NCBI RefSeq assembly: GCF_036588685.1
Contig: NC_086379.1
Span: forward strand, 85,126,001-85,190,000
Reading direction: 5' to 3'
Length of the DNA stretch: 64,000 bases
Origin: Mytilus trossulus
Lineage: Eukaryota
Shown: positions 40,629-55,200 of the stretch, piece after piece
Numbering within the stretch: position 1 is the stretch's first letter
Layout of the letters: every line of letters starts with the position of its first letter
The notes under the pieces: generated by a model
What the model saw: only the letters and a program-made list of their open reading frames with translations
Databases searched by the model: none
Told to the model about the DNA's origin: nothing
Position numbers and translations under genes: made by a program

Positions 40629-41378
40629 TCAAAAGCTTTCAAGATCAGTCATGACCAGATGTGTTTCAAATAATTTGTTCAAAACCACTAAAAATTGGTT
40701 GACAAACATTTGTTTGATTCGAATAAATTCTTCTTCATCTTCTGTCCCATAAAAGTCTGAGCAGTACGATATCTTCAAAGCCTTCAGATCTACCAATGAA
40801 GATAATGTCTCACTCAGCTGTAAACAAACAGAGGAAACTAAGGAATTCTGGGATAGATTCAGGTACAGAATGGAATGTAATAAGGAAATGTAAGGCAACA
40901 GGCGAAGAATACCACCATCATCTAGTTTACTGTCCTCTAACTCAAGCACTAGTAAGGTAGACTTAACTTCTTCTAATAGACGTCCTAAACTTCCACAACA
41001 TAATGTCAGTGTGTTTCCACCTAAATCAATGTGTTGTAAGGCTTTAGTATGGTGTGATGTTGATAGGTATCTGATATCTGATTCCGTCAGACCACATCCT
41101 GCCAGACGAAGATGTTGTAACGGCTGCTGTGTACCACTGATAAGCTGTCGTAGCTTGTACTTCAGTCTGTTACTACTTAGATCCAGTCTGCTTAGGTTTG
41201 GTAAGGAGGACAGTGTTTTACCAAGGACCTCTGTTGTAGAGTCACTCTGGTACACAGTTATACTGTTACACGAAAGGTCTAAGGCACATAAGTTTGTAAA
41301 CTTCTCAAGTGTAGGGGCCAGGTTACAAAAACTCTCACAGTTAATAGAGTTGTACTTCAATCTAATTCCTGTCAAGTA
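40629..41378 (-). CDS. LRRC14: LRRC14/PRAME-like protein, coding exon 4 (leucine-rich repeats, stop)
   Basis: Acceptor ttttattttcag|TAC, phase 0, 750 nt. LRRs LCALDLSCN, LSRLDLSSN, LQHLRLAGC, LQHIDLGGN, ILYLNLSQN. Confidence 0.9.
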   Translation of the reverse strand, partial: YLTGIRLKYNSINCESFCNLAPTLEKFTNLCALDLSCNSITVYQSDSTTEVLGKTLSSLPNLSRLDLSSNRLKYKLRQLISGTQQPLQHLRLAGCGLTESDIRYLSTSHHTKALQHIDLGGNTLTLCCGSLGRLLEEVKSTLLVLELEDSKLDDGGILRLLPYISLLHSILYLNLSQNSLVSSVCLQLSETLSSLVDLKALKISYCSDFYGTEDEEEFIRIKQMFVNQFLVVLNKLFETHLVMTDLESF

Positions 41379-41583
41379 CTGAAAATAAAAATAATAAAAC
41401 ATTATCAGATGGTATCTTAATGACATCTTCAGACTTCTGGAAAAAGTTACAAAAACTCATGGTTTGTAACATTTGGAAAATAATAACAAACAAACGACTA
41501 TCTAGAGCTTTAACATGTTTAAGGTGAAAATAGCTCAGTAAATATGTACATGTGTTAACCATACCCTATGTAAAATTATATAC

Positions 41584-41759
41584 CTGTGGATTAATCTGTC
41601 CAAGAAGTATGTTAAGCTTAGGTTCCCCCAAACATGTAGCATCGAGTTTCTGTAAACACATACACAGTTTACTATCAGTAAATCCTGATACCTTCAAGGC
41701 TTTACTTAGTTCTGTCAGCGTCTGGTCTGCAGCTACAAAAGCATCAAGTTTGACTAGAA
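41584..41759 (-). CDS. LRRC14: LRRC14/PRAME-like protein, coding exon 3
   Basis: Acceptor tttatttcag|TT (phase 1), donor CAG|gtatat (phase 0), 176 nt; ILVKLDAFV...LGQINPQ. Confidence 0.85.
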
Positions 41760-41825
41760 CTGAAATAAACAAGATTATATTGTAAACTGGTATGTTGTTA
41801 GCTATTATCCTTTAAACTTAGAAAT

Positions 41826-43100
41826 AACCAGGTGCTCCAAAGGGCACAGCTTTATACTCCCACAGAGGTCAAACCCTGAACAGTTGGGTCAAAATCTTTA
41901 ATTGTTTTTACATAGGCGGTAATGGTAACGTTTTTTCCTGTAGCTCAGTCCATTACGTAAACTTGGATATGTATGATAGCTCGTTTCGATGCTGTGACAT
42001 TTTCACATATGTGGTTAAATTTTCGGGGTACAAAGTGAGATTACTTTTTCCATAAATAAGCATACCCCGAACATCCTTTTGTGATGCGGCTCCTTGTGGT
42101 AAAATATCCCCTTTTTAACACAATAACTTCTTTGAAAATTTAATACTTTGAACATATTCAATAGCTCCATAGTTTTTACACATTTATTCTATGTTCCTCT
42201 ACTTTCCTAATCACCACAAATAATTCAGTTCAGTCATTTGTTAAAAATAGAAACATGTCCAATATCACTACACAGAGATTTTTTCTTTACACATGACTTT
42301 TGAGTTCCTCATTTCGAGGCATTAGGGATGTTGTCCCAGTTGAGGCAAGTATGGACACAACATTGAAGCTTGTGAGGACAAGTTCATTTATATACATATT
42401 ATCTACAGCTCTAAATTTGGATTGTGATGAAATTCTTGACATAATATGAGTGTCTGACACACAATGCAATATTGTCCAATTAAAGATTTCTTCTTCAAAC
42501 TTTTCAAAAATTTGGAATTTGAGAAATTCGGAAAAAAATGAAAACTTTGACCACCCCCCCTTTTTTGGCAAAAAAGTCCCAAACCTGACATTTCTTTATA
42601 CATTTTTTACAAGTAGTGTAAGGGAGGTAAATCTGCACATACCAAACATCGTATGTTAACTGTTTTTGATTTTCCTCCCTTACACTGCTTTTAAATTGTC
42701 TTAATTGTCCATTGACCAGAAAAATCTAGTTTCACCCTTTTTTTAACCTCATTTCCAAAACATTTTGAGCCATAACCCCAAAGTCATTACTCACCATCCC
42801 TTAATGGTATGGAAACTTGAGGTATAATTTCAGAGAGATTCATACACTTAAACACAAGTTTTGTTTGAAAACTACAAAAATGCTTATTTTGGACGCCCTT
42901 TTTTCCCCTTTTTCCTAACTTATTGGGAATATACATAACCCCCAAAATCAATCTCAACCTTCCTTTCGTGGTATTGAAACTTTCAGTAAAGAGAGATCCA
43001 TTCACTAAATCTAAATTTTATGTCCAGAAACTCAATGGGTCTTCAGACGAAGACGACATGATACCATTATACAACGTAAAATTTTGACTGTCATATAAAA
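41826..43100 (-). mobile_element. HINE-like (Helentron-associated) element, degenerate
   Basis: End taaccaggtgctcca..gggc..agctttatac matches 58680; gacgaagacgac...atacaac end matches 60500-60560. Confidence 0.65.
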
Positions 43101-43892
43101 ATAGGAAATTGGTGATTATATTGTAAACTGATATATTGTTAGTTATTATCATTTAATCAATGAATTAAAAGTTTAGACAGTATCTAAATATCAAATGAGA
43201 AAAAACAATCTTGAGTGCACACCCTGAAATGTCTCACCTGCTTAACTTATAATGATTGCATTTTTGCAAAAAATCTGTTACATTAACAGATAAAGCTTTT
43301 ACTTCATTTTTAGATACAATTAAAATCATTATATGGTCAAGGTTAGTTGAACCCTGCCAGACATTTACACCTGACCCTAACCCTGACTATTGCATACACA
43401 TGATAGAGTATAATCAGTATATGAGAAAACAAAAGTGACTTGACTGTTAGTGTTGCTCTTCACCAATTGCAAATTCATTCAAAATTAACCCAAATTGTTC
43501 AACTGGTCAGAAATTTGAACAAGTCATTCAGTCAAAATGTGAAAGTGCAAGGTGATAAAATAAAACACACTTACAATCCTATAAGACTTTAACTCCACTG
43601 TATTGATGTAATTACTAAATCAGTCTATCAATCTGTATAGTTATATTATAGCCAATTAATTAATAAAGGTGTTGAGATTGTATGATATGACCTTTAGTAT
43701 GGTAATGGCTATAATATAACTGTACAGCTTGATTTAGGAATTACATCAATACATCTATCATGTCTATCACATATAGAACTAAAATTCTACTGATTTCCCC
43801 CCCCCCCCACATTTTTAAAGTTGGGTTAAAAGTCAATAAAAGGAGAGATAGGCTATACATATATGGGACACCAACCAAACAAGCAAGAGAAA

Positions 43893-45105
43893 AACAACTC
43901 TGCAGGGTACAGCTTTATACAACAGCAGAGGTTGAACCCTGAACAGTTAGGGCAAGTATGGACACAACATTCAAGCTGGATTAAAGTTTTTTCTTTGGCT
44001 TTTGAGCAATTCACTATGCTGTTGAATTTGAATCCTCTCAAAGAAAAAATATTGGAAGAAATTTTCTTTTCAAATTCTTAAATCTGAAATGAGAAAAAAA
44101 ATTGACCCCCACCCCAATTTTTATTCTCCCTTCCCTCTTTCCTTTATTCCAAAAATGATCTCAATTCAAATTTCTTATGGAGTTTGCAGCAATAACTACT
44201 CATTTAAATACATCATAAAATATTAAAATATAAAATGACATACAGTCATGGCTAAAATTATCATTAATTTATAGTAACTTCTAAAAAAATAAATGGGGAA
44301 TGTGTCCAAAAAGGACACAGATGATGCCCCCCTGGCATATAACCTTAACATAACTCAAGAACTGTAAAAGTGAAGCTGCCAAAAATTGAACTTAAACTGA
44401 GTTTTGAGGTAATAAGCATTATATACACTTTTCATCAGATTTAGTTGAGACAAACTAAAGTTAAGAGAACAGAAACTAAAAAAATCTTCAATTTTTCCAC
44501 TTGTAAAGGGGCATAACCCTAGAATGGTAATCAAAGTGCTTGTAATCACTGAATGGTAAAGATTGCTTTAATGTATCAGTTGGTAGTAAAGTGAATATTG
44601 GAAACTTCTAAATTCTAGACAAAGAAAGATAACTCCAATTTTCAAAGAAGATTATATAGAGCATTGGTTTTAGGTGATTCAACAACCATTCTGGATAAAG
44701 AAAGATAACTCAAACTTATTGACTTGAAACTACAAAAATGCTTGTTTTTGGCCCTTTATTCTTAGACTGTTTGCCCCATAACCCTTAAAATATATCCCAA
44801 CCTTCTTCTTATGGTACTAAACATTGTGGTACAATTTCAGAACAATTGCAACTTATTGTTCTGACACTAGATACATTTTTGGGCCTTTTGGTCCCCTAAT
44901 TTTAAAACCTTAGGGACCCAAATCCCTAAATCATTCTTAAGCTTCCTTTTGTGGTTATAAACATTGTGTTAAAATTTTATTGATTTCTGTTATCTTATAC
45001 TAGAGTTATTATCAGGAAACCATCCGTCTTTGGACGAAGCTGGCGACGACGCTGACGATGTGATACCAATATACAACCACAAAAATTTTTGCAGTTGTAT
45101 AAAAA
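43893..45105 (-). mobile_element. HINE-like element, degenerate, with nested fragment
   Basis: 43900-44240 is colinear with 58690-59090; ends with gacgacgctgacgatgtgataccaatatacaac...gttgtataaaaa. Confidence 0.7.
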
Positions 45106-45163
45106 CCACAACAATAGACAAATGCAAGCTTCAAGCTTTAAGTTTAGTTTGTATAGCTATTAA

Positions 45164-45744
45164 GGAGGCTCGAGGGAACTAGAATTTCAGCAAAAATTAA
45201 AAAGAAAATAATTTCACTACAAATTTTATTTATTACTGTATTAGTTTTTACTTTATCATATGACAAAAACACATGTATGATACAAAAATAAACCATAAAA
45301 ATCAATTTTTTTTGGCCCCAGATGACTTTTAAAATGTATATATCATTAAAAATGCTCCAAATTATCTCCCTTTGGTGCAAAAACCTTTTTTTTTTTGCAT
45401 TAAAATTGAAATATCTTTCTTAACTCATCTGTGACCTAAATTTTTTTATTACTTTTTTTTACTAAGCTGTACTAAATGTAAACTATTGTAAAATTTAAGC
45501 TATGTCTGTGGTTTAGTTCTTTTTTTACTTTGAAAAAAACTCTATTTCTCCTATTAGTTCAACAGAACAAAAGTACCTTAGAGTTTACAAAAATGCTTTT
45601 TTTAAAGACAGATTGTGACCTTAAATGAACGGTGATCCCATTTTTTATTTGATTTTTCTATAAGGTATATAATAAAGTTCATTTATAGAAAAATATAGCG
45701 AAATCCTACATTAAAAAAAAAATGATTTATACCCGCAAGCCCCC
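45164..45744. mobile_element. Kolobok-like MITE
   Basis: TTAA on both flanks (45160-45163, 45745-45748); TIR GGAGGCTCGAGGG / CCCGCAAGCCCCC, 3 mismatches in 13. Confidence 0.75.
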
Positions 45745-45841
45745 TTAACAATAATATTACTTTATCCTAAATTAAAATAACAATATTTTACTGTAATATT
45801 AAACTTTCCATTCTGAATTCTTATTGTTTATATGAACATAC

Positions 45842-46003
45842 TTGAAGTGTCAGGCAGGAACTGATCAGCCATCATTAAACGATCTGGTACAGGCTGGGGC
45901 AATAACTGTACAGCTTTATTATACATGTTGACCATCACATTCTGACGAGCTTCATTATAGGACAACATACAATGTGTAGCCAGATAGTACAGGATTACCT
46001 CCG
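45842..46003 (-). CDS. LRRC14: LRRC14/PRAME-like protein, coding exon 2 (absent from the ORF track)
   Basis: Acceptor ctatttttag|CG, donor TCAA|gtatgt, 162 nt, phase 1-1. Reads PEVILYYLATHCMLSYNEARQNVMVNMYNKAVQLLPQPVPDRLMMADQFLPDTS and joins exon 1 and exon 3 in frame. Confidence 0.82.
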
Positions 46004-47156
46004 CTAAAAATAGATAGGGAATTACCTCAATTACAATCAGATTACAGAGGATAGGACAGCATACAATGTGTAGCCAGATAGTACAGGATTACTTCCGCTA
46101 AAAATAGATAAGGAATTACCTCAATTACAATCAGATTACAGAGGAAATGACAATGTACAATGTGTAGCCAGATAGTACAGGATTACCTCCGCTAAAAATA
46201 GATAGGGAATTACCTCAATTACAATCAGATTACAGAGGATAGGACAGCATACAATGTGTAGCCAGATAGTACAGGATTACCTCCGCTAAAAATAGATAGG
46301 GAATTACCTCAATTACAATCAGATTACAGAGGAAATGACAATGTACAATGTGTAGCCAGATAGTACAGGATTACCTCCGCTGAAAATAGATAGGAATTAC
46401 CTCTGTTACAATCAGATTACAGAGGATATGACAACATACAATGTGTAGCCAGATAGTACAGGATAACCTCCGCTAAAAATAGATAAGGAATTACCTCAGT
46501 TACAATCAGATTACAGAGGAAATGACAATGTACAATGTGTAGCCAGATAGTACAGGATTACCTCCGCTAAAAATAGATAGGGAATTACCTCAATTACAAT
46601 CAGATTACAGAGGATACAACAACATACAATGTGTAGCCAGATTGTACAGGATTACCTCCGCTAAAAATAGATAAGGAATTACCTCAATTACAATCAGATT
46701 ACAGAGGATACAACAACATACAATGTGTAGCCAGATAGTACAGGATTACCTCCGCTAAAAATAGATAAGGAATTACCTCAATTACAATCAGATTACAGAG
46801 GATACAACAACATACAATGTGTAGCCAGATTGTACAGGATTACCTCCGCTAAAAATAGATAGGGAATTACCTCAATTACAATCAGATTACAGAGGAAATG
46901 ACAATATACAATGTGTAGCCAGATAGTACAGGATTACCTCCGCTGAAAATAGATAGGAATTACCTCAATTACAATCAGATTACAGAGGATATGACAACAT
47001 ACAATGTGTAGCCAGATAGTACAGGATTACCTCCGCTAAAAATAGATAAGGAATTACCTCAATTACAATCAGATTACAGAGGATAGGACAACATACAATG
47101 TGTAGCCAGATAGTACAGGATTACCTCCGCTAAAAATAGATAGGAATTACCTCAAT
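45957..47156. repeat. 94-bp satellite, left block (~13 units), first unit overlapping exon 2
   Basis: Unit GACAAYATACAATGTGTAGCCAGATAGTACAGGATTACCTCCGCTAAAAATAGATARGGAATTACCTCAATTACAATCAGATTACAGAGGAWAK (93-94 bp). Confidence 0.98.
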
Positions 47157-49295
47157 GAGGGACATTGGTGAAGATTATCCCCACTTAATTCCAGGTGGCA
47201 CTGTGGTAGATCAGGTCCAACATCTGTTTGTATGATAAGAAAGCCAGCATTCATTGCCACATATGATACACCAATATGTGTATGCTGATAAGTTTTAATT
47301 AAAATTAATTCTTTTGTACTATTTTTATCTTACTCACTATTTAGTATATAAATGATAAATGTGTAAAATTTTGAATACATTCCGTCAGTGACTTTCTATA
47401 CTTTACTTAGTATAGTAAGTCCCTGATTGCCGGAACTGAAAAAAAACCTCAGGAGTGCATGTGTATTATCATGCAGTGGAAGAAAAATGAGAGAGTGTTT
47501 TTTTTTTAACATACTCACAATTAAAGATATAAATTAAATGAATGTATTTCTCTCTTTATTAATTTTTTGTTAAAATGGAATGTAAAAGTGTTGTTAGATA
47601 CATGATATAATAATCAAACTGTTTACACAAATATATAGATATAGTATGATTTTTTTATTTGTGTTATTCTTTAACTAAATTTCATTAATTAAACTGGTAG
47701 AAATCTTTATACTTGTATATATGACAAATTAAAAACAAAACCATGCTTTCAATTTCAAATTTGATGGGATTTTTTTCCATTAAGATACTTTAATTTTTTT
47801 AAATGAGAATCAAATAATAGACATTAGAATTTTGGAAATGACTGCACATTTTACATCAAAATTAATAGAGTTATATCTGAAACAAATAGGCTTAAATACT
47901 TTTCAATACAGCTCATCAATTTCTGAAATACCTGCGACTGGGAACAAAAAATAACTAATTTAATTAAAGTGTCATACCAAAATGAAAAGAGCAAGGAATC
48001 ACCTACAAAATGTAACATAAATAAAGATCTCAGTATTATAGAGTATCTGTGTGACTGTGTTGCAGGTTACTAATACGGGCAAAAAAATAATAAAAATGAT
48101 AGGTCACCTCACATTTTCTCAAGCTACAGGTTGTGACAAAATGACACATTTTGTATGGATTAAACAGGAAAAAACACCATTTTGTGATTAGAAACTAAAC
48201 AAAATGATAGAATTGTTAAATACTTAAGGAAAAGTTGGCTTTCAGACAATGTTTTGTGAATATAAAAAAAAAAGATAGGGTCACCGTACGGTCTTTCCGG
48301 CTAAAATACAAAATAGGAAAATTTCATGAAGAATCCTTCAGAGAATGCACTGTTTTAGAGTTACCTCCCCTTAAAATGCCAATTTAAATTTTTTAAAATC
48401 AACCAGAAATAATCAGCATTTGCAAAACTATTAATATGTATAACTTATAATCTTATAAATTGGTTCTTTTAAATGAAAATTCACATTAAATATCTGCATT
48501 CCTGCATCAAATTTTGCTAGCTTGATAGAAAATATGGACCTTTGATTCTCTGTTTTTTACAATCCAAGATGGAGGAAGACACCCATACCACCTTAAATGG
48601 TGTTTGGCCAACAATAATGATTATTACTTTCAAATTACTTTTTCAAAAAACTTTAAAGAATTTTATAATTCATTGCTGAAATAAAAAAAACTTCTTTTTA
48701 TGAAAAATATTTCAAACAGGCAGTTCTTGACGGATATCATATAATCTAAGATTGTTAAATGTTTATATTTTTTTTTTAAATTACAAATTAATTTTATTGA
48801 ATATTTTTCACTTCAGTTTTCATTTGTCAAAACTTTTAACTGATTTATGATCGCTCTGCAAAAAATAAAGATCACAGCAAACTAAACTGTTTTTGCTAGC
48901 TGTCCATTCTTTTAGTTCTATAGTATATGCATTAGCATTATATTTTCGTTATTTAACATTTTAATGCTGATATTTTCATATTTTATTTAATGCAAATTGA
49001 TAGTAAAAATGAAAAAAAGATAGCAAAATAAGTAAAAAAAAAAAAAAAATATTGAAAAAGAAAATAATTCCCCCAAGTCATATATCATACATGTTATAGG
49101 ACAATCAATTCTATGTGCTTTTCATATTTTTTCCTTTTTGTTGCAAATGTCCATTTCTTATTTTAAAAAAATAAAAACATATGTCCATCTTTATACGACA
49201 CCTCCAGGTATAAACACCAGTTAAAGATATTAAGTAATAAAAAACTTCTTATTATAATTTGTATACAAATATAAACAATGTAATTCTCAATAGGA
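47157..49295. mobile_element. ~2.1-kb AT-rich insertion splitting the satellite; includes a Kolobok-like end (acacccataccaccttaa, ~48579-48596)
   Basis: Abrupt interruption of the array; ctcaat at both junctions; no ORFs. Confidence 0.55.
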
Positions 49296-52200
49296 TACAG
49301 ATAGTACAGGATTACCTCCGCTAAAAATAGATAAGGAATTACCTCAATTACAATCAGATTACAGAGGAAATGACAACATACAATGTGTAGCCAGATAGTA
49401 CAGGATTACCTCCGCTGAAAATAGATAAGGAATTACCTCAATTACAATCAGATTACAGAGGAAATGACAATATACAATGTGTAGCCAGATAGTACAGGAT
49501 TACCTCCGCTGAAAATAGATAGGAATTACCTCAATTACAATCAGATTACAGAGGAAATGACAATGTACAATGTGTAGCCAGATAGTACAGGATTACCTCC
49601 GCTGAAAATAGATAGGAATTACCTCAATTACAATCAGATTACAGAGGATATGACAATATACAATGTGTAGCCAGATAGTACAGGATTACCTCCGCTAAAA
49701 ATAGATAAGGAATTACCTCAGTTACAAACAGATTACAGAGGATATGACAACATACAATGTGTAGCCAGATAGTACAGGATTACCTCCGCTAAAAATAGAT
49801 AGGAAATTACCTCAATTACAATCACATTACAGAGGATATGACAATGTACAATGTGTAGCCAGATAGTACAGGATTACCTCCGCTAAAAATAGATAAGGAA
49901 TTACCTCAGTTACAAACAGATTACAGAGGAAATGACAATATACAATGTGTAGCCAGATAGTACAGGATTACCTCCACTAAAAATAGATAGGAATTACCTC
50001 AATTACAATCAGATTACAGAGGAAATGACAATATACAATGTGTAGCCAGATAGTACAGGATTACCTCTGCTAAAAATAGATAAGGAATTACCTCAATTAC
50101 AATCAGATTACAGAGGAAATGACAATATACAATGTGTAGCCAGATAGTACAGGATAACCTCCGCTAAAAATAGATAAGGAATTACCTCAATTACAATCAG
50201 ATTACAGAGGATACAACAATATACAATGTGTAGCCAGATAGTACAGGATTACCTCCGCTAAAAATAGATAAGGAATTACCTCAATTACAATCAGATTACA
50301 GAGGAAATGACAATATACAATGTGTAGCCAGATAGTACAGGATTACCTCTGCTAAAAATAGATAGGGAATTACCTCAATTACAATCAGATTACAGAGGAA
50401 ATGACAATATACAATGTGTAGCCAGATAGTACAGGATTACCTCTGCAAAAAATAGATAGGAATTACCTCTGTTACAATCAGATTACAGAGGATATGACAA
50501 TATACAATGTGTAGCCAGATAGTACAGGATTACCTCCGCTAAAAATAGATAAGGAATTACCTCAGTTACAAACAGATTACAGAGGATATGACAACATACA
50601 ATGTGTAGCCAGATAGTACAGGATTACCTCCGCTAAAAATAGATAGGAAATTACCTCAATTACAATCACATTACAGAGGATATGACAATGTACAATGTGT
50701 AGCTAGATAGTACAGGATTACCTCCGCTAAAAATAGATAAGGAATTACCTCAGTTACAAACAGATTACAGAGGAAATGACAATATACAATGTGTAGCCAG
50801 ATAGTACAGGATTACCTCCACTAAAAATAGATAGGAATTACCTCAATTACAATCAGATTACAGAGGAAATGACAATATACAATGTGTAGCCAGATAGTAC
50901 AGGATTACCTCTGCTAAAAATAGATAAGGAATTACCTCAATTACAATCAGATTACAGAGGAAATGACAATATACAATGTGTAGCCAGATAGTACAGGATA
51001 ACCTCCGCTAAAAATAGATAAGGAATTACCTCAATTACAATCAGATTACAGAGGATACAACAATATACAATGTGTAGCCAGATAGTACAGGATTACCTCC
51101 GCTAAAAATAGATAAGGAATTACCTCAATTACAATCAGATTACAGAGGAAATGACAATATACAATGTGTAGCCAGATAGTACAGGATTACCTCTGCTAAA
51201 AATAGATAGGGAATTACCTCAATTACAATCAGATTACAGAGGAAATGACAATATACAATGTGTAGCCAGATAGTACAGGATTACCTCTGCAAAAAATAGA
51301 TAGGAATTACCTCTGTTACAATCAGATTACAGAGGAAATGACAATATACAATGTGTAGCCAGATAGTACAGGATTACCTCCGCTAAAAATAGATAGGGAA
51401 TTACCTCAATTACAATCAGATTACAGAGGAAATGACAATATACAATGTGTAGCCAGATAGTACAGGATCACCTCCACTAAAAATAGATAGGAATTACCTC
51501 AATTACAATAAGATTACAGAGGAAATGACAGCATACAATGTGTAGCCAGATAGTACAGGATTACCTCCGCTAAAAATAGATAGGAATTACCTCAATTACA
51601 ATCAGATTACAGAGGAAATGACAATATACAATGTGTAGCCAGATAGTACAGGATTACCTCCGCTAAAAATAGATAGGGAATTACCTCAGTTACAATCAGA
51701 TTACAGAGGAAATGACAATATACAATGTGTAGCCAGATAGTACAGGATTACCTCTGCTAAAAATAGATAGGAATTACCTCAATTACAATCAGATTACAGA
51801 GGAAATGACAATATATATACAATGTGTAGCCAAATAGTACAGGATTAACTCCGCTAAAAATAGATTAGAAATTACCTCTGTTATAATCAGATTACAGAGG
51901 AAATGACAATATACAATGTGTAGCCAGATAGTACAGGATTACCTCTGCTAAAAATAGATAGGAATTACCTCAATTACAATCAGATTACAGAGGAAATGAC
52001 AATATATATACAATGTGTAGCCAAATAGTACAGGATTAACTCCGCTAAAAATAGATTAGAAATTAATTACCTCAATTACAATCAGATTACAGAGGAAATG
52101 ACAATATACAATGTGTAGCCAAATAGTACAGGATTACCTCCGCTAAAAATAGATAGGAATTACCTCAATTACAATCAGATTACAGAGGAAATGACAATAT

Positions 52201-55200
52201 ATATACAATGTGTAGCCAAATAGTACAGGATTAACTCCGCTAAAAATAGATTAGAAATTACCTCAATTACAATCAGATTACAGAGGAAATGACAATGTAC
52301 AATGTGTAGCCAGATAGTACAGGATTAACTCCGCTAAAAATAGATTAGAAATTACCTCTGTTATAATCAGATTACAGAGGAAATGACAATATACAATGTG
52401 TAGCCAGATAGTACAGGATTACCTCTGCTAAAAATAGATAGGGATTACCTCAATTACAATCAGATTACAGAGGAAATGACAATATACAATGTGTAGTCAG
52501 ATAGTACAGGATTATCTCCACTAAAAATAGATAGGAAATTACCTCAATTACAATCAGATTACAGAGGAAATGACAATATACAATGTGTAGTCAGATAGTA
52601 CAGGATTACCTCTGCTTAAAATAGATAAGGAATTACCTCAATTACAATCAGATTACAGAGGAAATGACAGTATACAATGTGTAGCCAGATAGTACAGGAT
52701 TACCTCCGCTAAAAATAGATAGGGATTACCTCAATTACAATCAGATTACAGAGGAAATGACAACATACAATGTGTAGCCAGATAGTACAGGATTACCTCC
52801 GCTGAAAATAGATAAGGAATTACCTCAATTACAATCAGATTACAGAGGATACAACAACATACAATGTGTAGCCAGATAGTACAGGATTACCTCTGCTAAA
52901 AATAGATAGGAAATTACCTCAATTACAATCAGATTACAGAGGAAATGACAATATACAATGTGTAGCCAGATAGTACAGGATTACCTCTGCTTAAAATAGA
53001 TAAGGAATTACCTCAGTTACAATCAGATTACAGAGGAAATGACAGTATACAATGTGTAGCCAGATAGTACAGGATTACCTCCGCTAAAAATAAATAGGAA
53101 TTATGTCAATTACAATCAGATTACAGAGGAAATGACAATATACAATGTGTAGTCAGATAGTACAGGATTACATCCGCTAAAAATAGATAGGAATAACCTC
53201 AATTACAAGCAGATTACAGAGGATACAACAACATACAATGTGAAGCCAGATAGTACAGGATTACCTCTGCTAAAAATAGATAGGGAATTACCTCAATAAC
53301 AATCAGATTACAGAGGAAATGACAGTATACAATGTGTAGCCAGATAGTACAGGATTACCTCCGCTAAAAATAAATAGGAATTACCTCAATTACAATCAGA
53401 TTACAGAGGAAATGACAATATACAATGTGTAGTCAGATAGTACAGGATTACCTCCGCTGAAAATAGATAGGAATTACCTCAATTACAATCAGATTACAGA
53501 GGATAGGACAATTTACAATGTGTAGTCAGATAGTACAGGATTATATCCGCTAAAAATAGATAGGAATTACCTCAATTACAATCAGATTACAGAGGAAATG
53601 ACAATGTACAATGTGTAGCCAGATAGTACAGGATCACCTCCACTAAAAATAGATAGGAATTACCTCAATTACAATCAGATTACAGAGGAAATGACAATAT
53701 ACAATGTGTAGTCAGATAGTACAGGATTACCTCTGCTTAAAATAGATAAGGAATTACCTCAATTACAATCAGATTACAGAGGAAATGACAGTATACAATG
53801 TGTAGCCAGATAGTACAGGATTACCTCCGCTAAAAATAGATAGGGATTACCTCAATTACAATCAGATTACAGAGGAAATGACAACATACAATGTGTAGCC
53901 AGATAGTACAGGATTACCTCCGCTGAAAATAGATAAGGAATTACCTCAATTACAATCAGATTACAGAGGAAATGACAGTATACAATGTGTAGCCAGATAG
54001 TACAGGATTACCTCCGCTAAAAATAGATAGGGATTACCTCAATTACAATCAGATTACAGAGGAAATGACAACATACAATGTGTAGCCAGATAGTACAGGA
54101 TTACCTCCGCTAAAAATAGATAGGGATTACCTCAATTACAATCAGATTACAGAGGATACAACAACATACAATGTGTAGCCAGATAGTACAGGATTACCTC
54201 CGCTAAAAATAGATAGGAATTACCTCAATTACAATCAGATTACAGAGGAAATGACAATATACAATGTGTAGCCAGATAGTACAGGATTACCTCTGCTAAA
54301 AATAGATAGGAATTACCTCAATTACAATCAGATTACAGAGGAAATGACAATATACAATGTGTAGCCAGATAGTACAGGATTACCTCTGCTAAAAATAGAT
54401 AGGAAATTACCTCAATTACAATCAGATTACAGAGGAAATGACAATATACAATGTGTAGCCAGATAGTACAGGATTACCTCTGCTTAAAATAGATAAGGAA
54501 TTACCTCAGTTACAATCAGATTACAGAGGAAATGACAGTATACAATGTGTAGCCAGATAGTACAGGATTACCTCCGCTAAAAATAAATAGGAATAACGTC
54601 AATTACAAGCAGATTACAGAGGATACAACAACATACAACGTGAAGCCAGATAGTACAGGATTACCTCTGCTAAAAATAGATAGGGATTACCTCAATTACA
54701 ATCAGATTACAGAGGAAATGACAATATACAATGTGTAGTCAGATAGTACAGGATTACATCCGCTAAAAATAGATAGGAATTACCTCAATTACAAGCAGAT
54801 TACAGAGGAAATGACAATGTACAATGTGTAGCCAGATAGTACAGGATCACCTCTGCTAAAAATAGATAGGGAATTACCTCAATAACAATCAGATTACAGA
54901 GGAAATGACAGTATACAATGTGTAGCCAGATAGTACAGGATTACCTCCGCTAAAAATAAATAGGAATTACCTCAATTACAATCAGATTACAGAGGAAATG
55001 ACAATATACAATGTGTAGTCAGATAGTACAGGATTACCTCCGCTGAAAATAGATAGGAATTACCTCAATTACAATCAGATTACAGAGGATAGGACAATAT
55101 ACAATGTGTAGTCAGATAGTACAGGATTACATCCGCTAAAAATAGATAGGAATTACCTCAATTACAATCAGATTACAGAGGAAATGACAATGTACAATGT

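Noticed and set aside
41379-41426. N-terminal extension MSLRYHLIMFYYFYFQ of the 265-aa ORF
   Set aside because: It is the intron's pyrimidine tract; the exon begins at 41378.
41011-41785. + strand ORFs of 123 aa and 77 aa
   Set aside because: Antisense shadows of LRRC14-like exons 3 and 4.
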